Assembly: GCA_030390025.1 (NCBI GenBank)
Contig: CM059434.1
Coordinates: 33,790,001-33,854,000, forward strand
DNA from: Squalus acanthias
Lineage: Eukaryota
Direction: 5' to 3'
DNA: 64,000 bases
Shown piece by piece: positions 62,478 through 64,000 of this stretch; the stretch's first letter is position 1, and every line of letters starts with the position of its first letter. Both the position numbers and the translations under genes were made by a program. The notes under the pieces were generated by a model, which made no database searches, had not been told where the DNA came from, and was given only the letters and a program-made list of their open reading frames with translations.

Positions 62478-64000
62478 GGCTGCGATTTTGCCGGCGCTCA
62501 GAGTGCGGGTTCGGAGGCGGGTCCACTGTCAAAATCGAACTGATTGATAGCGGGTTGGGAACCTACTCCAAACCCGCCTTCACGTAAGTTTCCAAAGTGT
62601 CGAGTCTGCGATTTCAGAACAGACCCGACACCAAGCGGCGGGGGAGACATTTAAGATAGCTAAATGCTTGTTAAATGCTGGTTAACTACTATTTTGCCAG
62701 CCCATTTCTATTTTCCCACTTTTTTAACGGGGTTCACATCGTTCGGAGATCACGTCAGGTAAGTAGGTCAGGTTCTCTATGTCTCCCCATTGCTGTGAAT
62801 AGGTGACAGCTGCAAAAGTGCTATGAAAGCTACCATTTCACAGCTGTTCATTTTCCAATGTCAGAAGCTTGAGCCTTCAGGACTTGGAAGACACTTTTGA
62901 GCTGAATGCAGTTTGGAAGTGTTTGGAGTAAACTCTTTATCCACTGTCACCTCCTTGGAGCAAGCTTCTGTCATCTCAACTTCAGCTGCCATCTATTCCA
63001 GCAACATCGGTACCCTTGAAAAAATCTCACATTGGTCCTCTGAATCCCTCCAACGATCAGCCCCAACACCAACATCACCAGGCACACCAACATCACCAAC
63101 AACAATACCAACTTTCTCCGCAATCACCTGATTCTGCACAGGACACAGGGCATCAGCACCTGACCACATTGCTGCCCAGGAGGCCAGCGATGGCATCACC
63201 ATGGCCAGATTTACTTCACTTAACGCTGTACACCCTGGCTGCCGCATAATGCGCCTGGTTGACACCACCCCACACCAGCACCATAAAGCATCCCTACAAT
63301 GTCCAAGCCATTCCTTTCACACTCATCACAATTGGGGTGGGGAAGTTATGTCTCAACATTCATTGGAACTCACTAAGACATTTCCAAAGGTGAGCACAGA
63401 TCTGTCCAATAAGGTAAGGTGTTGAAAATAAAGATTTCAATGTTTGACAACATATTAACAGAAACTTCACATGAACATTGGCTAAACCACCCAGGTGCCT
63501 ACCCTTGTGTGTTGTTAGTTCGTATGCTTGCAGTAGGTTAAGGGTGAGTGTGAGGGGTGGCTAGTGAGATGGGGAAGTGATAATGTAGATAGAGAGGGAT
63601 GGGTGGAGGTGCAAGGTAAGTAGGTGTGAGTAAAGATATGCAGGAGTAGAGTAGGGAAGGCAGAGTGATGGGGATGTGATGAGTGGCATAGCAGGATGTG
63701 GTTGAGTGTGGCTTGGCAGTAAGGTTTCGTGATCTGCTCAGATCATTGAAAGGTTTGTGCCACAGCAGCCTGGTCCTCCTGACAATATCCCTGCTTCTGC
63801 CCTCCTGTGCAATGTGCAACCAGGCTGCGTTGATCTCCTGGGGAGGTCTCTTCCACCCATGGGAAGAGAAGAGAACCTCCCTGCGAGCTGTGACTTGGTG
63901 GGAGAGCCTGGGTGCTGTCGTGCACATTTGTGCAGTGCTTGTCAGTGTTTGCAGCACCTCAATGCTGTAGAAGATTGACCCCAGAACTGTCAAGATCAAT
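62478..64000. mobile_element. Third Harbinger element (decayed; runs off the window end)
   Basis: TIR-like GGCTGCGATTTT at 62478. A transposase C-terminal remnant (MARFT, +) near 63200. A Myb/SANT remnant on minus (APRLS..RREVLF..AW.HIAQE..K.FNDL, 63538-63999). Confidence 0.75.

Noticed and set aside
52957-64000. RAG1 coding sequence expected convergent to RAG2
   Set aside because: No ORF with RAG1 motifs in the 11 kb after RAG2; RAG1 presumably lies beyond the window.

Overview
This is vertebrate genomic DNA, most likely from a cartilaginous fish (shark-type RAG2 protein and repeat families), covering part of the RAG locus. It holds an intact single-coding-exon RAG2 (51397-52956, +). The antisense neighbour IFTAP/C11orf74/NWC is recognisable from two coding exons (5974-5845 and 991-855, -). 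A probable IFTAP first exon and promoter lie at about 41.3-41.4 kb, carrying two divergently oriented ZNF143-type motifs and an RFX X-box-like element. A candidate lymphoid RAG2 promoter and non-coding exon lie at about 33.0-33.25 kb, which would reproduce the interleaved RAG2/NWC layout known from mammals. RAG1 is not in the window. Most of the remaining sequence is transposable elements, often nested. These include many CR1 and L2 LINE fragments, an RTE fragment, DeuSINE-like SINEs, PIF/Harbinger transposons (HARBI1-type DDE transposase plus Myb/SANT gene) and their MITEs, a near-complete Gypsy LTR retrotransposon and a 1.66-kb solo LTR. There are also three Penelope-derived fold-back insertions with hammerhead-ribozyme motifs. 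Other oddities are a 632-bp identical tract between two otherwise diverged inverted CR1 copies, a 49-bp local template capture inside a Penelope fold-back, a GC-AG donor in IFTAP and a recursive-splice-like site. All alignments and motif calls were made by eye.
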